Below, piece by piece: positions 14,211 through 29,487 of a stretch of DNA of 64,000 bases (position 1 is its first letter; each line of letters opens with the position of its first letter). Under the pieces are notes generated by a model. It saw only the letters and a program-made list of their open reading frames with translations. It was not told where the DNA came from and did no database searches. A program made the position numbers and the translations under genes. This DNA is from Eledone cirrhosa (Eukaryota): contig OZ024746.1 in NCBI GenBank assembly GCA_964016885.1, positions 4,588,001 through 4,652,000 on the forward strand, written 5' to 3'.

Positions 14211-15026
14211 ATCGCTGATTTACGTAGAGATGAATTTCGAACAGAAATTACAAGAGGGTTTCTAAGTTTGACAATTAGGCATTGTTAAAGGGAGTTAAAC
14301 GATTGTCTGGAATGTAGATGCAACTATAGATTGTTTTATTTTCTAACAAAGTGGAATGGAAGATAATGACAAACTCAGTGAGACATGAACATGGAATTGA
14401 GATGTTAATATAGAACTCTACTGGCGCAGACATTTTTGGTATGTTAATACATTTGAGGTAACAGAAAAGTTTTCAAATGTTAGAGGGGTGGAATATGAGA
14501 GGCATTTAGCATGTTTAATTAGATTTTTCTCCAATTTTAACATTAAATATGTTTCCCCTATTTAATAGCTAACTTTCCGGCAGTTGGCGTCTCTGAATTA
14601 TTAGTTTCTGTTTTCTTTCTCTATATATACTAATTTAGCAGGCCTACTCCTATTAAAATATTCTAATCAGAATTCGAGATTCTCTCACTACTCAGTAAAT
14701 ATGGAGAAATATATATTTGCTAAGGAGGATTAATAATACCGGAATATGACTGGAGTTGTCTCCTGTATTCGCCAAATTATTAAAATAAATCTATTTATTG
14801 ACCAAATATTCTCATCCCACCGATTTATTATTTCTAATTAGATTTTCTTTTGTTCACAATTAATTAACGTTCATTTTTAATTAGAAATATAAAGAACCAC
14901 TAACTTTGTCAATAACTGCGGAATGATTTTATCCAACCCAAGCAGACCAAAAGCAAAATTCAACCTGACGAAATTTGAACACACATAGAGGGAGTTGTAT
15001 AACTAAAAGCTGCATTACGTTTTATT

Positions 15027-15200
15027 ACGGCCCTTTACGTTCTGAGTTCAAATCCCGCCGAGGTTAACTTTGTCTTTCATCCTTACGGGGTCGATAAAGT
15101 ACCAGTAACACACTGAGGTCGATTTAGATTTAATCGACTTTCCCCTCCCCAAAAATTACTGGCCTTGTGTCTAAATCAGAAACTATCATTATTACTATTA
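15027..15200 (+). mobile_element. 5'-truncated family-A SINE
   Basis: B-box, core and ATT tail. Confidence 0.85.
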
Positions 15201-16489
15201 TTATTCTAGTGCCCTTGCTATTCCTCCCAACACGCCACCATAATAGACAAAAATAAATGTGTTATTTAAAAACAACTTTCAGAAAATAGATCAAAGTGTT
15301 GATAAAGTTGAATAAACAGGATTTAAATAAGATATTTTCTAAAATTCTCTCTAGTAAAAATTGAATGTTAGTAACTAGTTAACAGCCAAAATTATGAAGT
15401 GGTTGATAAATGTGCGTTTGTGTCTATTGTGTAGCCAACGAGCCGTGATTGAAAGACAAAAATAATAAATCATATTTTCAATCTAATCTCTGCAAGCTAG
15501 ATTGTTTTTGGTTTTGGCTGCTGTTCGATGTTATTCTGTTATGAGTCTTCATCAACATGAAGAGATTCGATGCGCAAACAGAATCCATAAACAGCTCTTG
15601 CTTGCTAGAAGTTGGTCTGGCGCCAAAAGAATAGATTTCCAGACATTTTCTGATCCCTTGCACTGACACCCTAAACTAGTAAACCACCAACTCAACACAC
15701 CCCCATCCCACACACGTGTTGCTAGATAGGATTGCTGTTGCTGTTTTCATGCGATATATCTATATGGAAGTATATATTACAGAAGTCCAAATAGACTACA
15801 GACGTTTCGTTCTGTATTTAAGATATTTAATATAAAACCCCGTCAAATTAGCTGATGCGTAAAAGGGTCTGACAAAAGGCCTTGCGGTATTTATTCTGCT
15901 TCCTCCAAATCTCGCCGAGATTAACTTTGTATTTCATTCTTCTGGAATCAATACATAAAGTATTTGTCTAGAACCGTGTACTTTCGGAATGGTTAGAGTA
16001 CTTTGCGGTATTTCTTTCGATTATTTGCACTTTGAATAATTGATAAAAAAAAAAAATATCCCAGTTCAAAAATAATCGCCTTAATACCAAATCAAAAGAA
16101 ATCAAACCGTTTTACAATGTGTTACGATACCAGCATTATTGAACACGAATATCGTAGAAATGAAATTCTTTGACTGCTAAAAATAAATATATAAATAGAA
16201 CTGTAAATAACCAAGATCAAATCGATATAATTGCTTGATGTGTATTAAATAGCCACCAAATTGGCCACGAATCGCTGCAAACCCTCATAGAAAGGATAGT
16301 CATATTAAATAATTTAGTCCTAGATACACTATTTTCAAAACAAAAAGAATCTAATCACATGTGAAACGTCTGTGATCATACGTCTATTAAATCAGCGCTA
16401 CTCTGGGCTTAACAACCACTTGCTATGATCTTTAAATTATTGTTTCTCGTAGGATCAGAATAAATGTAGAAAAGTGTACTTTCTGTTTA

Positions 16490-17101
16490 CGAAGATCGGT
16501 TGAAAGGTTCATAGGGTGACCAAGATACTGTGGAATGGGACCAAATGAGGTTTATTTTTCAACATAGTCCCCCCCCCCTCATGGTCCGCATGTGTCTTCC
16601 ATCAGTGTTGCAGTGTTTATATCCCATTGGTGAAGATACTCTCATCCTGTTGATCAAAAGAATCATCAACAGCAGATATAATGTCATTATCATTGCAATA
16701 CTGGTTCCCAGCCAAGTGTCTTTTCATGTTGGGGAACAGATGATTGTCAGATGGGTCCAAATCAGGAGAATAGGGAGGGTGATCAACCAGTTACGCACAG
16801 CAGCCATTGAAACCAAGGACTTTTCTGCCCGAGCATTGTCCTGATGAAATAAAGCCCCTTTCGTCAGTTTTCCTGGGTGCTTGGTCTTGATAGTCACCAC
16901 GGTGCCAAATTTTGTCCATTTTCAAGAGAGGTCGCCACTAGTTACTTCTGAGGTCTTCTTTGAACATTCAGATGTCAGTTTACCTGGAGCAAAATAAAAT
17001 GCAGTTATTAATGGAAAGAGTTAGAATTAATGCATGCAAGATTTCACAGCTCTATCACCACTCCTTCATAGTCAACCTATGAACCTTTCAGCCCATCCTC
17101 G
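16490..17101 (-). mobile_element. internally deleted mariner transposon
   Basis: Imperfect TIRs CGAAGATCGGTTGAAAGGTTCATAGGGTGAC / GTCAACCTATGAACCTTTCAGCCCATCCTCG with TA on both sides; minus strand encodes HQDNAR and HPPYSPDLDPSDNHLF (mariner YSPDLAPSD motif). Confidence 0.9.
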
Positions 17102-17448
17102 TAAAGTTGTGGGAAAACAGAATATCTATAGTGAAATAATACAAAACTTACAGCTCTTGTATTTAAACTACCATCATTTGTCCCTCCTATGATAGGTGCA
17201 CTGAACTATGTAAAAAACAGATTGACACAAAGGCCTGGAAATACTGAAGGTTTACAAGAAAAAAACGAAGCAAACTAGTTTACATCGGCCAAATCCAGTG
17301 AAGATTTCCGATCTATTAAACGAAATTCTCTATATCAGTTTCCTTAAATTTAATTTGCATCAGCTAAAATAAAAACTTACAACATCAGATGAAAACCTTA
17401 AATATTTTAGCGCCAAATTGTGAAAAGATTGTTTGTCAGATATCTTAA

Positions 17449-17668
17449 CCCTTTAGCATTTAAACCGGCCATATCCAGCCAGAATTCCCTCACTTCTTTC
17501 TGTTCAAACTGGCTGTAACCGGCCACTCATACTATTTTTAAGGTATTGTTCTCAAAATAAATAATATCAAAATCTCATTGATTCGATATTATGTGAGGTA
17601 TTATGTAAGGTAAAGCCTTTACCACAAAAATATGATAGTAAATATAAAGTAATGTGAATTCTAAAGGG
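17449..17668. mobile_element. piggyBac-like MITE (copies at 46624-46844 and partial at about 2637)
   Basis: TTAA|CCCTTTAGCATT ... AATTCTAAAGGG|TTAA. Confidence 0.85.
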
Positions 17669-18683
17669 TTAAATACATCTACATTCGACTGAGAACTCAA
17701 TTATCTTGGACAGGATGAAAATGCCAGGTATGATAATGGATACAATAATAAGGAAAGGGCAAAAACGAAAACCTCAAGATGGTAAATAAAATACGTTTAT
17801 CATTACTCTCAGCTTACAACAATCATATCACTGACGACGAATTTACAGTGTAATCCTGACATCTAAATATAGGTTTCTGAATTGGTCACTACCGGAACAT
17901 AGTGAGGGGGATATAAAATCTCGAAAATTACTGGAAATTTCAACATCGATTGGGATATAGACAGATTATATTTCCTATGTAATGAGATCAGCTGTGTACT
18001 TAAATCTATATTTACACCATATGAAACCTGAATTGTAACATTGAAGCAAAATCACCAACAGCGAAAAATGCTGTCTTTCTTCAGTTTGTGAGCACGAAAA
18101 GGATGGCTAATAAACATGAAGACTGACATGAAATAAAAGCTGACAAGATCTCTTTCCAAGAAACATGAGAACAAAACAAAGAACAGTTCACTGAGAAGGT
18201 TGTACACGAGAGTTGAAAGATAAAATGAATAACGTGTACTAAAAGCCTCACATGAAGTACAGAAAAGTTTATAAAATCCCACCTTGAAGATGGCCTTCGT
18301 GTAATCCAAAAGCAAAACATTCCTACCAAGTACATTCTACACAAAAGACATAACCTATTAAACCGGTACTGTAATTATGTTAGCCCGGTGAAAATGGTTG
18401 CTAAAGATCTAGCCGAATAGAGATAAGCCCTGTCAAAAGGATACACAGTAAACCCACCGGGAGTGAGGAATTCTAGGGAGAATATCTTTATAGTAGATGA
18501 AAATAAAATCAATTGAAACTCTCATACTATGATACAGTGTTACTATGATCATGCCTCGACAACAATGTCACTGCCAGTGCTGAAGGTTGTAGATAACCAA
18601 AGTAAAAACCATGACAGAAATATTGGAGTACAGCTTTTTATTTTCAAACCCTGCCAAGTCTCAGGCATTTCCTGCAGCTAGAC

Positions 18684-18958
18684 CAGAGATGGGGAACCTG
18701 CGGCCCTCTATGCTGTTCTGTACGGCCTTTTGAAAGAATAGAAAATATCCAACAAATTTTTAATTTTTATCCATATTTTTGTCTATCTCTTAATATAAGA
18801 TAGGTAGCTTTAATTTTTTTTCTCCTTTTTTAGATAATTAGTGATTACCAAATAATGTAGATTTTATGAATATACAATTATGGTTTCTTGAATGCAGCCT
18901 CATTATACTACAAGTAACTTAATGCGGCCTTTCAACATGAAAAGGTTCCCCACCTCTG
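18684..18958. mobile_element. hAT(Charlie)-like MITE
   Basis: TIRs CAGAGATGGGGAACCT / AGGTTCCCCACCTCTG; homologous to 45906-46370 in opposite orientation; 8-bp TSD not preserved. Confidence 0.75.
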
Positions 18959-19339
18959 TTCCCTTCTCCAGCTCTCGTGGCCATGTCTTGCCCCACGATT
19001 TAGATGATTCATGGCACAAAATTGAGGCTGTTGCTCTACAGATTCTGCCCACGTAAAACTAAGTCATATGCAAGTAAGTCCTCATGGACCCAACTGACAC
19101 AGACTTCTTAAATTCACAGCTTTTCCTTACGTTCTTCGAGACATCACCTACGCCCGCAACAACGGTATATCACAGTTTCCGTAGATATTTCCCTTCTAGA
19201 AGTATATGAAAGATGTAATGATAAACAGTGGCACCCCCCTCCCTCCGCAGCGAACTCCTCCATTGAAGAGAATCAGAGTCGAAATCGTGTGTTCGTGGAC
19301 CACAGACGGATGCAGCCGAAATATTACATACATACATGA

Positions 19340-19342
19340 GGG

Positions 19343-19373
<31 letters not shown>

Positions 19374-19512
19374 GCTGGTGGTGGTGGTGGTGATGGTAGT
19401 AGTAGTGGTGGTGGTAGTGGTGGTGGTGGTGGTGGTGGTAGTAGTGGTGGTGGTAGTGGTGGTGGTGGTGGTGGTGGTAGTAGTGGTGGTGGTGGTGGTG
19501 GTGGTGGTAGCG

Positions 19513-19556
<44 letters not shown>

Positions 19557-19615
19557 GGTGGTGGTGTTAGTAGTAGTAGTAGTAGTATTAGTAGTAGTAG
19601 TAGTAGCAGTAGTAG
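19340..19615. repeat. (GGT)n/(AGT)n microsatellite; also (AGT/AGC)n at 31855-32282
   Basis: Directly visible. Confidence 0.97.
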
Positions 19616-19749
19616 ATGTTGATGTTGTTAGCTTGTTAGATTTTTTGAATGGAAAAGAACCCATTTCTTGGTATTGTCAAACGAGACAATTTGCAGCGAT
19701 AAATCAGAATATGTTGAATTTCTTCGTGTCACTGTACGTGTTCTGTATA

Positions 19750-19787
<38 letters not shown>

Positions 19788-19854
19788 CATAATGTATACA
19801 CACATATATATGTTTATATATATATACCTTCATGTATATATATATATAATGTAT

Positions 19855-19911
<57 letters not shown>

Positions 19912-19971
19912 CATATATATATACATAATTTATACACACATATAACCTTCATATATATGTACATAATGTAT

Positions 19972-20049
<78 letters not shown>

Positions 20050-20201
20050 CTCCCCAGAGACCTTCGCTGATAGCGGCATTTATTGACCGCGAGACATCTA
20101 AGCAAATGATAAAGGGCTACATGCTAATATTTGTAAGACAAAATCTCTATATGTGTGTGTGTGTGTGTGCATGTGTCTATGTTCGTGTATATAAGATACT
20201 T

Positions 20202-20246
<45 letters not shown>

Positions 20247-20305
20247 TACATATATACATATAACATATATACAATAATTTGAGGATGTATATTTAAATGT
20301 CTCTT

Positions 20306-20345
<40 letters not shown>

Positions 20346-20357
20346 ACTTTATTTATG

Positions 20358-20391
<34 letters not shown>

Positions 20392-20396
20392 GTCGC

Positions 20397-20437
<41 letters not shown>

Positions 20438-22661
20438 TCTCAATGTTCTTCAAACGCGCTCCTATCTGCTATGTAAATTATTCCACATCACCACGTTTGC
20501 GTAATTAGCTTTTGAAAGTCTCAGAACAGTTGGACAGCTTTTTAAACTAATCATAAAAGGAGTATATTTATCAATTCTAAATGTTTTCGTTATGTTTATG
20601 TTCTTCTCCTTTTTCTTGTTACTCCAGAACAACAATTGGTGAATTAGTAAAATCGTTAGACAAGATGTTTTGTGAGTTTTTATTCCATCTCTTTACGTTC
20701 TAATTTCAAATCTTACACAGGTCAGCTTTGCCTTTCATCCTGTCTGGATCAATAAAATATGATACCAGTAACGTAGTAGGCTCGATTTAGTCGGCTTTCT
20801 CATGCCCCAAAATGACTGATCTAATTTCATATACCACTGGGGTCAGCTTTGTCTTTTATCCTGTCTGGATCAATAAAATATGATACCAGTAATGCACTAG
20901 GTTCGATTTGGCCAATTTTCTCGTGCACCCTTGTGCGTATATTAGAAACAATAATTACGATTAATATGAGGGCAGCGGATTGGTAGAATCGTTAACAGGT
21001 CGGACGACATGCTTTAGAGTAAATCGTTACGAGTTCAAATCTCGCCATGGTTAACTTTGTCTTTCAGAGTTGGCATGATCAACTTCCCCTCCCCCAAACA
21101 ATTTACTGGCCTTGAGCCGCTGTTTCAAAGAATTATTACTGGTGGATTATTACTCCTGTATTTATTCTGATATTTTACGTTCTGAGTTCAAATCCTGCGG
21201 AGATTAACTTTACATGTTATCCTTCCGGAAGTCGATAAAATAATATGTCAGTTAAGTATTCCCAAATGTTTAATTGTCTACCTATATAAGAATGTTTTCA
21301 AATGATCTTCTTCAGGTATCACTTAAGGAGATACATGAGAGTTTAGAGAAAACTACTGCGCTACAGCAAATGTTATGAAATGTAAGCCACAGTAGTAAAA
21401 ACGACATGATTACATGAGCCTTAACTTTACAGTGGTAGACTAAAGGCAAAACCTGGGTCATAGCATTGCTATGGGATATTCCGGGGCTGCTCAAAATACC
21501 TTATGGAGTTTCTTCTCAATCTCGGGCGTCCCTTTAGTGTTTCTCCCGGTGGTCTGTGCGGTGGATTGTCCTCTCTCAGTTAATATCTTGTTGTCTTTCA
21601 TCCTTTCAAGATCATTAAAAAGTGTTCCACTTCAGTACTGAAGTTGATTCCCCCTCTCTCTATCTATCTCTCTCTCTCTGTCTCACTCTCTGTCTCTCTC
21701 TCACTCTCTCTCACTCTCTCTCTCTCTCTTTCTCTCTCTCAAGACCTGGAGAGAGAATGTACTTCTCCAGATTTAAAGTTCCCAAGACACGCCCCTACAG
21801 CTCTATCAGGAATTACAGCTCTATACAAACTCCTTACATCTGTTACAATCGTACTGTTATCGATTAAATACCAGCTTGGTAAACACTAGGGTCAAATCAA
21901 TAGAATATATTATACCACCTAAACCCGTTCTCTCCAACTTCTGGCCAAATGCCAATGACAGCAATAATTAATATTCTTTCAGTTGTTGCTCTTGTTTTTG
22001 TTATTGTTGTTGTTGTTGTAGTTGTTGATGCTGGTGGTGGTGGTGGTTGTTGATGATGTTGCTGTTGTCCATACTGTTGCGCTGTTAGACTTATTGAGTA
22101 ATCAACATCCACACCAATGTCACCGTCACCACTAGCAACATCGTTATCACCACCACCACCACCACCACCACCATTACCACCACCACCACCACCACCACCA
22201 CCACCACCATTACCAATATGTAAAATTACATAAATTTCATATTACAACATTTGAAAAAAAAACAGAGTAGTTCCATTTTCGTTGATATTCAATATTTTGG
22301 TGGTGTATAATATTTGCCAAAAGGGAAATTGGATTCCGGTTAGTGGCCATTACAAGAATGGTTGTGTGTATAACGGCATGTATTTCATGGAAATAAGTAG
22401 GATTATATATACATGCGTATACGAGAACAAGATATGTTTCAGTTACATATATATATACATATATATATGTATATATATATATATAATAAATATATATGTG
22501 TGTGTATGTGTGTGTGCATGTGTGTGTATACAGTGGGTTGCCAATCGGATATACATAAGTATATACATGAATACACACATGTATATCAACATCCTTTTTA
22601 CATGTTACATGTCGACATACACATGGTATTGAAATCATAAATTTGTGCATGTATTATGTGG

Positions 22662-22852
<191 letters not shown>

Positions 22853-23146
22853 GGGAAGTAAGGATTCTATACAAAACAGTGGATATAGAGAAAAGATGAA
22901 GATGGGAATAGCACAGGAGATATATTTAAGGGTCTGTTTTTCTTTTTTAATTCGTCACTTTTTCACTACTATTACACTATTACTGCATGGCAATTCTCAC
23001 AAACTCGCTACCTAACTAAGGAAACCTCTTCTTGAGTCAAACAACGCCCTACGTTAAAACTATCCATAGTACAGAGTACTCACAACCTCTAACTGGATTG
23101 CCTAAAACGATAACTTGTTATCCCATATATATATGTATATATGTGC

Positions 23147-23244
<98 letters not shown>

Positions 23245-23388
23245 TGAAGTTGGAAATAGCACGGGAAATATATTTAAGGGTCTGTTTTTCTTTTTTGATT
23301 CGTCAAAGGGACGTTATTGAAAAGATAATGTTATTAAAAAAAAAGAGAGGGACAATTCTTTTTAAAATTTTTTATATATATATAAAGT

Positions 23389-23473
23389 CTTCTACAGGAC
23401 TAGAACTGTTTCATTTGTATGAAATCATCAGGGGTGATTTCAAACTAATGAAACAGTTCTAGTCCGGTAGAAG
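23389..23473 (-). ncRNA. type I hammerhead motif in an inverted duplication (family of 52316-52397); stem I disrupted
   Basis: Minus strand CTGATGA TTTCATACAAAT GAAA CAG TTCTAGTC CTG TA GAAG; plus arm restarts at TGATTTC (23435). Confidence 0.6.
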
Positions 23474-24419
23474 TCATTTCTATATGCAGTAAAGATGCCT
23501 ATACTCTACAGGTTTATTTATGTAAACTTTACATACATTTTAACACGGAGTTGTTATACACATAAAGAAATAAGTCAAGTTACATTTCAAAACAATTCAC
23601 AAAAAAGAACGCTAAATATGAACGTTTAAATATAATTATAGAATTAAAAACAAGCTGAAAAAAATATTACCAAGGCTGTGAAGAATTTTAAATTTAATTC
23701 TGATAAAATTTGGTCGAAACTTTTAAAGAAGATCATCAACTATTTTGAAAAATAAATAAAAATACAAAATCATCATGGCTAAACGTGTAAGTCTCCTTCG
23801 ACCAAATCTGGTTACAATCATTATATGCAATGGAGCTACAATCTTAACAAAGATTTACATGAAGCATTTATATAATTTGACCCCACAAAAGTTCGATTTT
23901 ATGCAAAGGTGGCTAAAAATTTGAGGGACTCCGAACACTTAGAATTAGACTCTCTCTCAAAACATTTAAATGAACAAAACGTATCATTAGACTTAAGTTG
24001 ATTCATTTAACGGGACTGTCTGTTCCAAAGCAGTCTGACACTACAAACCAGCCATTAAACATAATTATCTCACTTCCACTGATAGACAGACAGAATGGTC
24101 AGCTAAGTCTAAACAACACACTAATATTTTAGCTGAAATCCATACTTCTACTCTACAAATAAGAACACCGAAAACTTGTGAACATCTTACAAGTTGGATG
24201 AAGAATTATTTTTCAAACTGGCCTCTTCTACCTAAGGTCTCAAGGCCTCGATATCACAAAGGACAATGGTGTGTGGATGCATTTACTGCTTCCGGCAACA
24301 ATTGGACCTTATTTCCCGATTTTATACAGGCATTGGAATGGAATTTAGTTCACCCAAATGTGCATTTTTTTCTTTCTTACAATAAAACGTGGAAAAGTTG
24401 TGGCCTCTTCTGAAAGCCT

Positions 24420-25200
24420 AAGATGATAATTATAGGCATTTGGGGAGAATGTGTCAGATATGATGGACTGAGAAATAAGGAGAGCACCAGAGAATGTGTC
24501 AGATATGATGGACTGAGAAATAAGGAGAGCACCAGAGAATGAATATTGAGAATAGAGTGATCAGAACTCTCAGTATACACACTGCCCATAATACTTTTGC
24601 TGGACCCATATCGCCAACATTTGACCTGCTGAACTGACCTTTACAAGAGCTGAGTGACGTGGATGTGAATACCCGCAAGATGCTGGGTATTACTGGAAGC
24701 TTTAACATCAATTGTGATGTGGATAGACTATATTTCTCACGCAAGGAGGCTGACCGAGGACTAAAATCCATATTAACATCATACGAGAAGCAACATCTTT
24801 AACAAAGGGAAAGGGTCAAACGTCTTCTCACACAGGTTTATAAGCATGAAGAGGATAATATTATTAGGATAGCCACAGGTGGATTGGCAGTATCAGTAGA
24901 GGGTCGGACGCCATGCTTTCCAGCATAGTTACGTCCCTTTACGATCTAAGTTCAAATCCCGCCGAGGTTGACTTTGCCTTTCATCCTTACGGGGTCGATA
25001 AAATAAAGTACCAGTAATGTACTGGTAAATTGCTGGCCTTGTGCCTAAAGTAGAAACAATTATTAGGATAGCCACTGATCTAGAGGAGAGGCTTGAACTA
25101 AAGACTCTATACAATGATCGAACAAAATTATTTTAAAAGGATCAATTCACTGAGAAGCTGGTACATGGGTACTTGAGACAAAAACAGACCATAGATTTAG
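24420..25200 (+). pseudogene. decayed R4/Dong RT-downstream fragment interrupted by a SINE
   Basis: AHNTFAGP..ELSDVDVNTRKML..DVDRLYFSRKEADRGLKSI (cf. DVDRLYLPRKEGGRGL) and KLVHGY; internal 45-bp duplication 24445-24540. Confidence 0.8.
24878..25060 (+). mobile_element. young family-A SINE with perfect 17-bp TSD
   Basis: ATTATTAGGATAGCCAC at 24860-24876 and 25059-25075. Confidence 0.95.
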
Positions 25201-28200
25201 ATGATTATAAATTCTTTGATAATTGTTATTGTTTTATTTTGTCTGTCACAACAAACAATATGGCGTATAGACAATAAATAAGGAAAGATGAGACTAATAT
25301 AAAGTATATTTACGTTCTTATCAGATAATCGTGTCGACTGGATAGGAAAAGAAAATGGCTTCAGCATCAAAGGAGTCCTGATTATCTCTTTCTTAGAGTC
25401 CAGTTGCCCTACTGTCTTCAAATATTTGAATAATTATATGTATGAATTTGAGCGTGTACATACATACATACCTACAAACATATATATATATAAATATATA
25501 TATATATATGTACACACACACACATATATATAATATAGTGTTTTGTTTGTGTATGCATGTATATGTATGTGTATATATGTATACATATATACATATATAC
25601 ATATATATCTAAATATATAAAAAGAAGGTGGGTGAAAGTGAGAGAAAAAAGAGGAAGAGAGTGAGAGCAACATTTTTAAATTAGTTATATAAATAAGTAA
25701 ATAAGTAAACTTTCAATGGCCTCTGCATGAGAGACCAATTTCAAAAGAAAAAAATATGTTTAAAAGCAACATATGAAAAAATAATAGATAAATTATAAAC
25801 ATTAGAATATGTAACAAATTCAATGTATATTAATCATTATCACCAAAGCTGAGTGCGAACATGAAAGTTTTCGGTAAATCTGTTAATAAGTTTTAAAGGA
25901 ATTTTAAATGAAACAAAAAAAAATCATTAGAAAATATAGAGAAATTCTCCCTACTAATAATGATCAAAGCTAATCTAACATTCTCGCGTGAATAAAGCAA
26001 TTATACCGAGAAACCCCTTTTATTTCCCCTTTATTTCCCCTTTTTTATTCCCTCTTTCTCTATTAATTCCTTCATTGTCGTTCGATTTTTCTCCTACTTT
26101 CACTTTCATTTTCTCTACTTTATTTTATCGTTTGTTTTTCTCCTTCGGTTCCACTGGGAAATATCTGTTATTTGGAGGGTTGGTGGAATGCAGCAGACAC
26201 GTCTTCTTTCCGCTTCCTCTCCAAAAAGACAGTAGATAAAACAGGATATACTGGTGTGTTTATGTGTGTAGTGAGACTTAGATGAAATTACTTTAATTAT
26301 GAATATAATCAAGAGATTTCTCCCACCATCGACATTATCTCGGTCTCTCTCTCTCTCACACTTCTTTATTTAATTTATTTATATTATAACATTTCTTTTG
26401 TTTTCATTTGTTTGTTTTTATGTATTTTGTTGTTGTTTATTTGTTATCTTCCAAGACAGTAACTTTGGGGAATTTTCTCAAACATTATGGAATACATTAA
26501 TTAAATGCGGAAAGAAAAGAAAATAGTTTCAAATTCCATGATATACATTCATATATTTCATTTAAGTCGATTGGAAATATAAAAAATAATTATCGTAAAT
26601 AAAGTAAGTAATTGAATGTTATGCCTTAATATATTAGTCTGTGGTCTATGAGAATCATCTGGTCGCAGAGAAAGGGAACAGGATTCCAATGCACCCGTGG
26701 AATGGTAAAATATAGTTTATAGAATAGTGATATATGTTAGAGTTTACTTAAAGATTTTCGTCAGATTTTCTGCATTTTCGAAATAGATGAGCAATTTTAA
26801 AAATTCAATTATCACAAGATCTCAAACGTTTTCATCAAGTAATCCCGTTGGGGTTGTTGTCATGTTATACATAACATACATACATACATACACAAACATA
26901 CATACACACACAAACATACACACACAAACATACATACATACACAAACATACATACACACACAAACATACATACATACACAAACATACATACACAAACATA
27001 CATACATACACAAACATACATACACACACAAACATACATACATACACAAACATACATACACACACAAACATACATACACACACAAACATATATACATACA
27101 CAAACATATATACATACACAAACATGCATACACACATAATATACATACACAAACATACATACACACACAAACATATATACATACACAAACATGCATACAC
27201 ACATAATATACATACACAAACATACATACACACACAAACATACATACATACACAAACATACATACACAAACATACATACATACACAAACATACATACACA
27301 CACAAACATACATACATACACAAACATACATACACACACAAACATACATACACACACAAACATATATACATACACAAACATATATACATACACAAACATG
27401 CATACACACATAATATACATACACAAACATACATACACACACAAACATATATACATACACAAACATACATACACACACAAACATATATACATACACAAAC
27501 ATACATACACTCACAAATATATATACACACACAAACATATATACATACACAAACATATATACATACACAAACATACATACACACACACAAACATACATAC
27601 ACACATAATATACATACGCAAACATACATACACACACAAACATATATACATACGCAAACATACATACACACACAAACATATATACACACACAAACATGTA
27701 TACATACGCAAACATACTTACACACACAAACATATATACATACACAAACATACATACACACACAAACATATATACATACACAAACATACATACACACACA
27801 AACATATATACATACACAAACATATATACATACACAAACATATATACATACACAAACATATATACATACACAAACATATATACATACACACACAAACATA
27901 CATACATAAGATTGAGGAGACTGGGTGTTGGCAAAAACGAAAAAAAGTCTTGATGCTGGTTTTGAGAGTCAAATATACAAGATTTGTAATACACAAACAT
28001 ATATACATAACATACATACATACACAAACATACATATATACATACACAAACGTGTGTGTGTGTGACTTACAAGGGGTTGCCGTAACTTTGACTAAATAAC
28101 ATAGTCTAATGATGACAGGGTGTATAAACCTGTAGAGCGGGAAAAGATGGATCGAACCCGCACATCTTGCTTGCCTTCAGACTCTTTCTAAAGGTGAAGA

Positions 28201-28268
28201 AGTTTCTGATTTTTCTCTTCGGGGGGATATACGAGAGGCGACGGAATAGCTCCTGGCCTTAAGGGTAT

Positions 28269-29443
28269 TGTGAAAGGGTAGAGCTGTTACCTTTACAGGG
28301 GAGGTAGGGCTGTGAAAGGGTAGAGCTGTTACCTTTACAGGGGAGGTAGGGCTGTGAAAGGGTAGAGCTGTTAGCTTTACAGTGGAGATAGGGCTGTGAA
28401 AGGTAGAGCTGTTACCTTTACAGAGGAGGTAGGACTGTGAAAGGGTAGAGCTGTCACCTTTACAGGGGAGGTAGGGCTGTGAAAGGGTAGAGCTGTTACC
28501 TTTACAGGGGAGGTAGGGCTGTGAAAGGGTAGAGCTGTTACCTTTACAGAGGAGGTAGGACTGTGAAAGGGTACAGCTGTTACCTTTACAGAGGAGGTAG
28601 GACTGTGAAAGGGTAGAGCTGTTACCTTTACAGAGGAGGTAGGACTGTGAAAGGGTACAGCTGTTACCTTTACAGAGGAGGTAGGGCTGTGAAAGGGTAG
28701 AGCTGTCACCTTTACAGGGGAGGTAGGGCTGTGAAAGGGTAGAGCTGTTACCTTTACAGGGGAGGTAGGGCTGTGAAAGGGTAGAGCTGTTACCTTTACA
28801 GAGGAGGTAGGACTGTGAAAGGGTACAGCTGTTACCTTTACAGAGGAGGTAGGACTGTGAAAGGGTAGAGCTGTTACCTTTACAGAGGAGGTAGGACTGT
28901 GAAAGGGTACAGCTGTTACCTTTACAGAGGAGGTAGGGCTGTGAAAGGGTAGAGCTGTCACCTTTACAGGGGAGGTAGGGCTGTGAAAGGGTAGAGCTGT
29001 TACCTTTACAGGGGAGGTAGGGCTGTGAAAGGGTAGAGCTGTTACCTTTACAGAGGAGGTAGGACTGTGAAAGGGTACAGCTGTTACCTTTACAGAGGAG
29101 GTAGGACTGTGAAAGGGTAGAGCTGTTACCTTTACAGAGGAGGTAGGACTGTGAAAGGGTACAGCTGTTACCTTTACAGAGGAGGTAGGGCTGTGAAAGG
29201 GTAGAGCTGTTACCTTTACAGGGGAGGTAGGGCTGTGAAAGGGTAGAGCTGTTACCTTTACAGAGGATGTAGGACTCTGAAAGGGTAGAGCTGTTACCTT
29301 TACAGGGGAGGTAGGACTGTGAAAGGGTAGAGCTGTTACCTTTACAGAGGAGGTAGGACTGTGAAAGGGTACAGCTGTTACCTTTACAGAGGAGGTAGGA
29401 CTGTGAAAGGGTAGAGCTGTTACCTTTACAGGGGAGGTAGGGC
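28269..29443. repeat. 42-bp minisatellite, about 28 copies, with a 6-unit higher-order period
   Basis: Unit TGTGAAAGGGTAGAGCTGTTACCTTTACAGGGGAGGTAGGGC; CTGTCACC variant at 28451, 28703 and 28955. Confidence 0.97.
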
Positions 29444-29487
29444 CACTGCAGTAACTGTGTGAATCTGAGAGGGGAATATGTTGAATA

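Noticed and set aside
19258-19300. HHR-like strings here and at about 33445, 53441 and 55925(-)
   Set aside because: Each needs several core repairs or lacks a valid UH triplet or stem I; not distinguishable from chance by eye
22893-23305. About 65-bp direct repeat at 22893 and 23241
   Set aside because: The duplication is real, but no HHR, TIR or coding signal could be supported
24198-24413. Short complex ORFs (also 54532-54812, 58374-58560, 60969-61175) as possible host exons
   Set aside because: No recognisable homology or convincing splice context; would need BLASTX or RNA-seq
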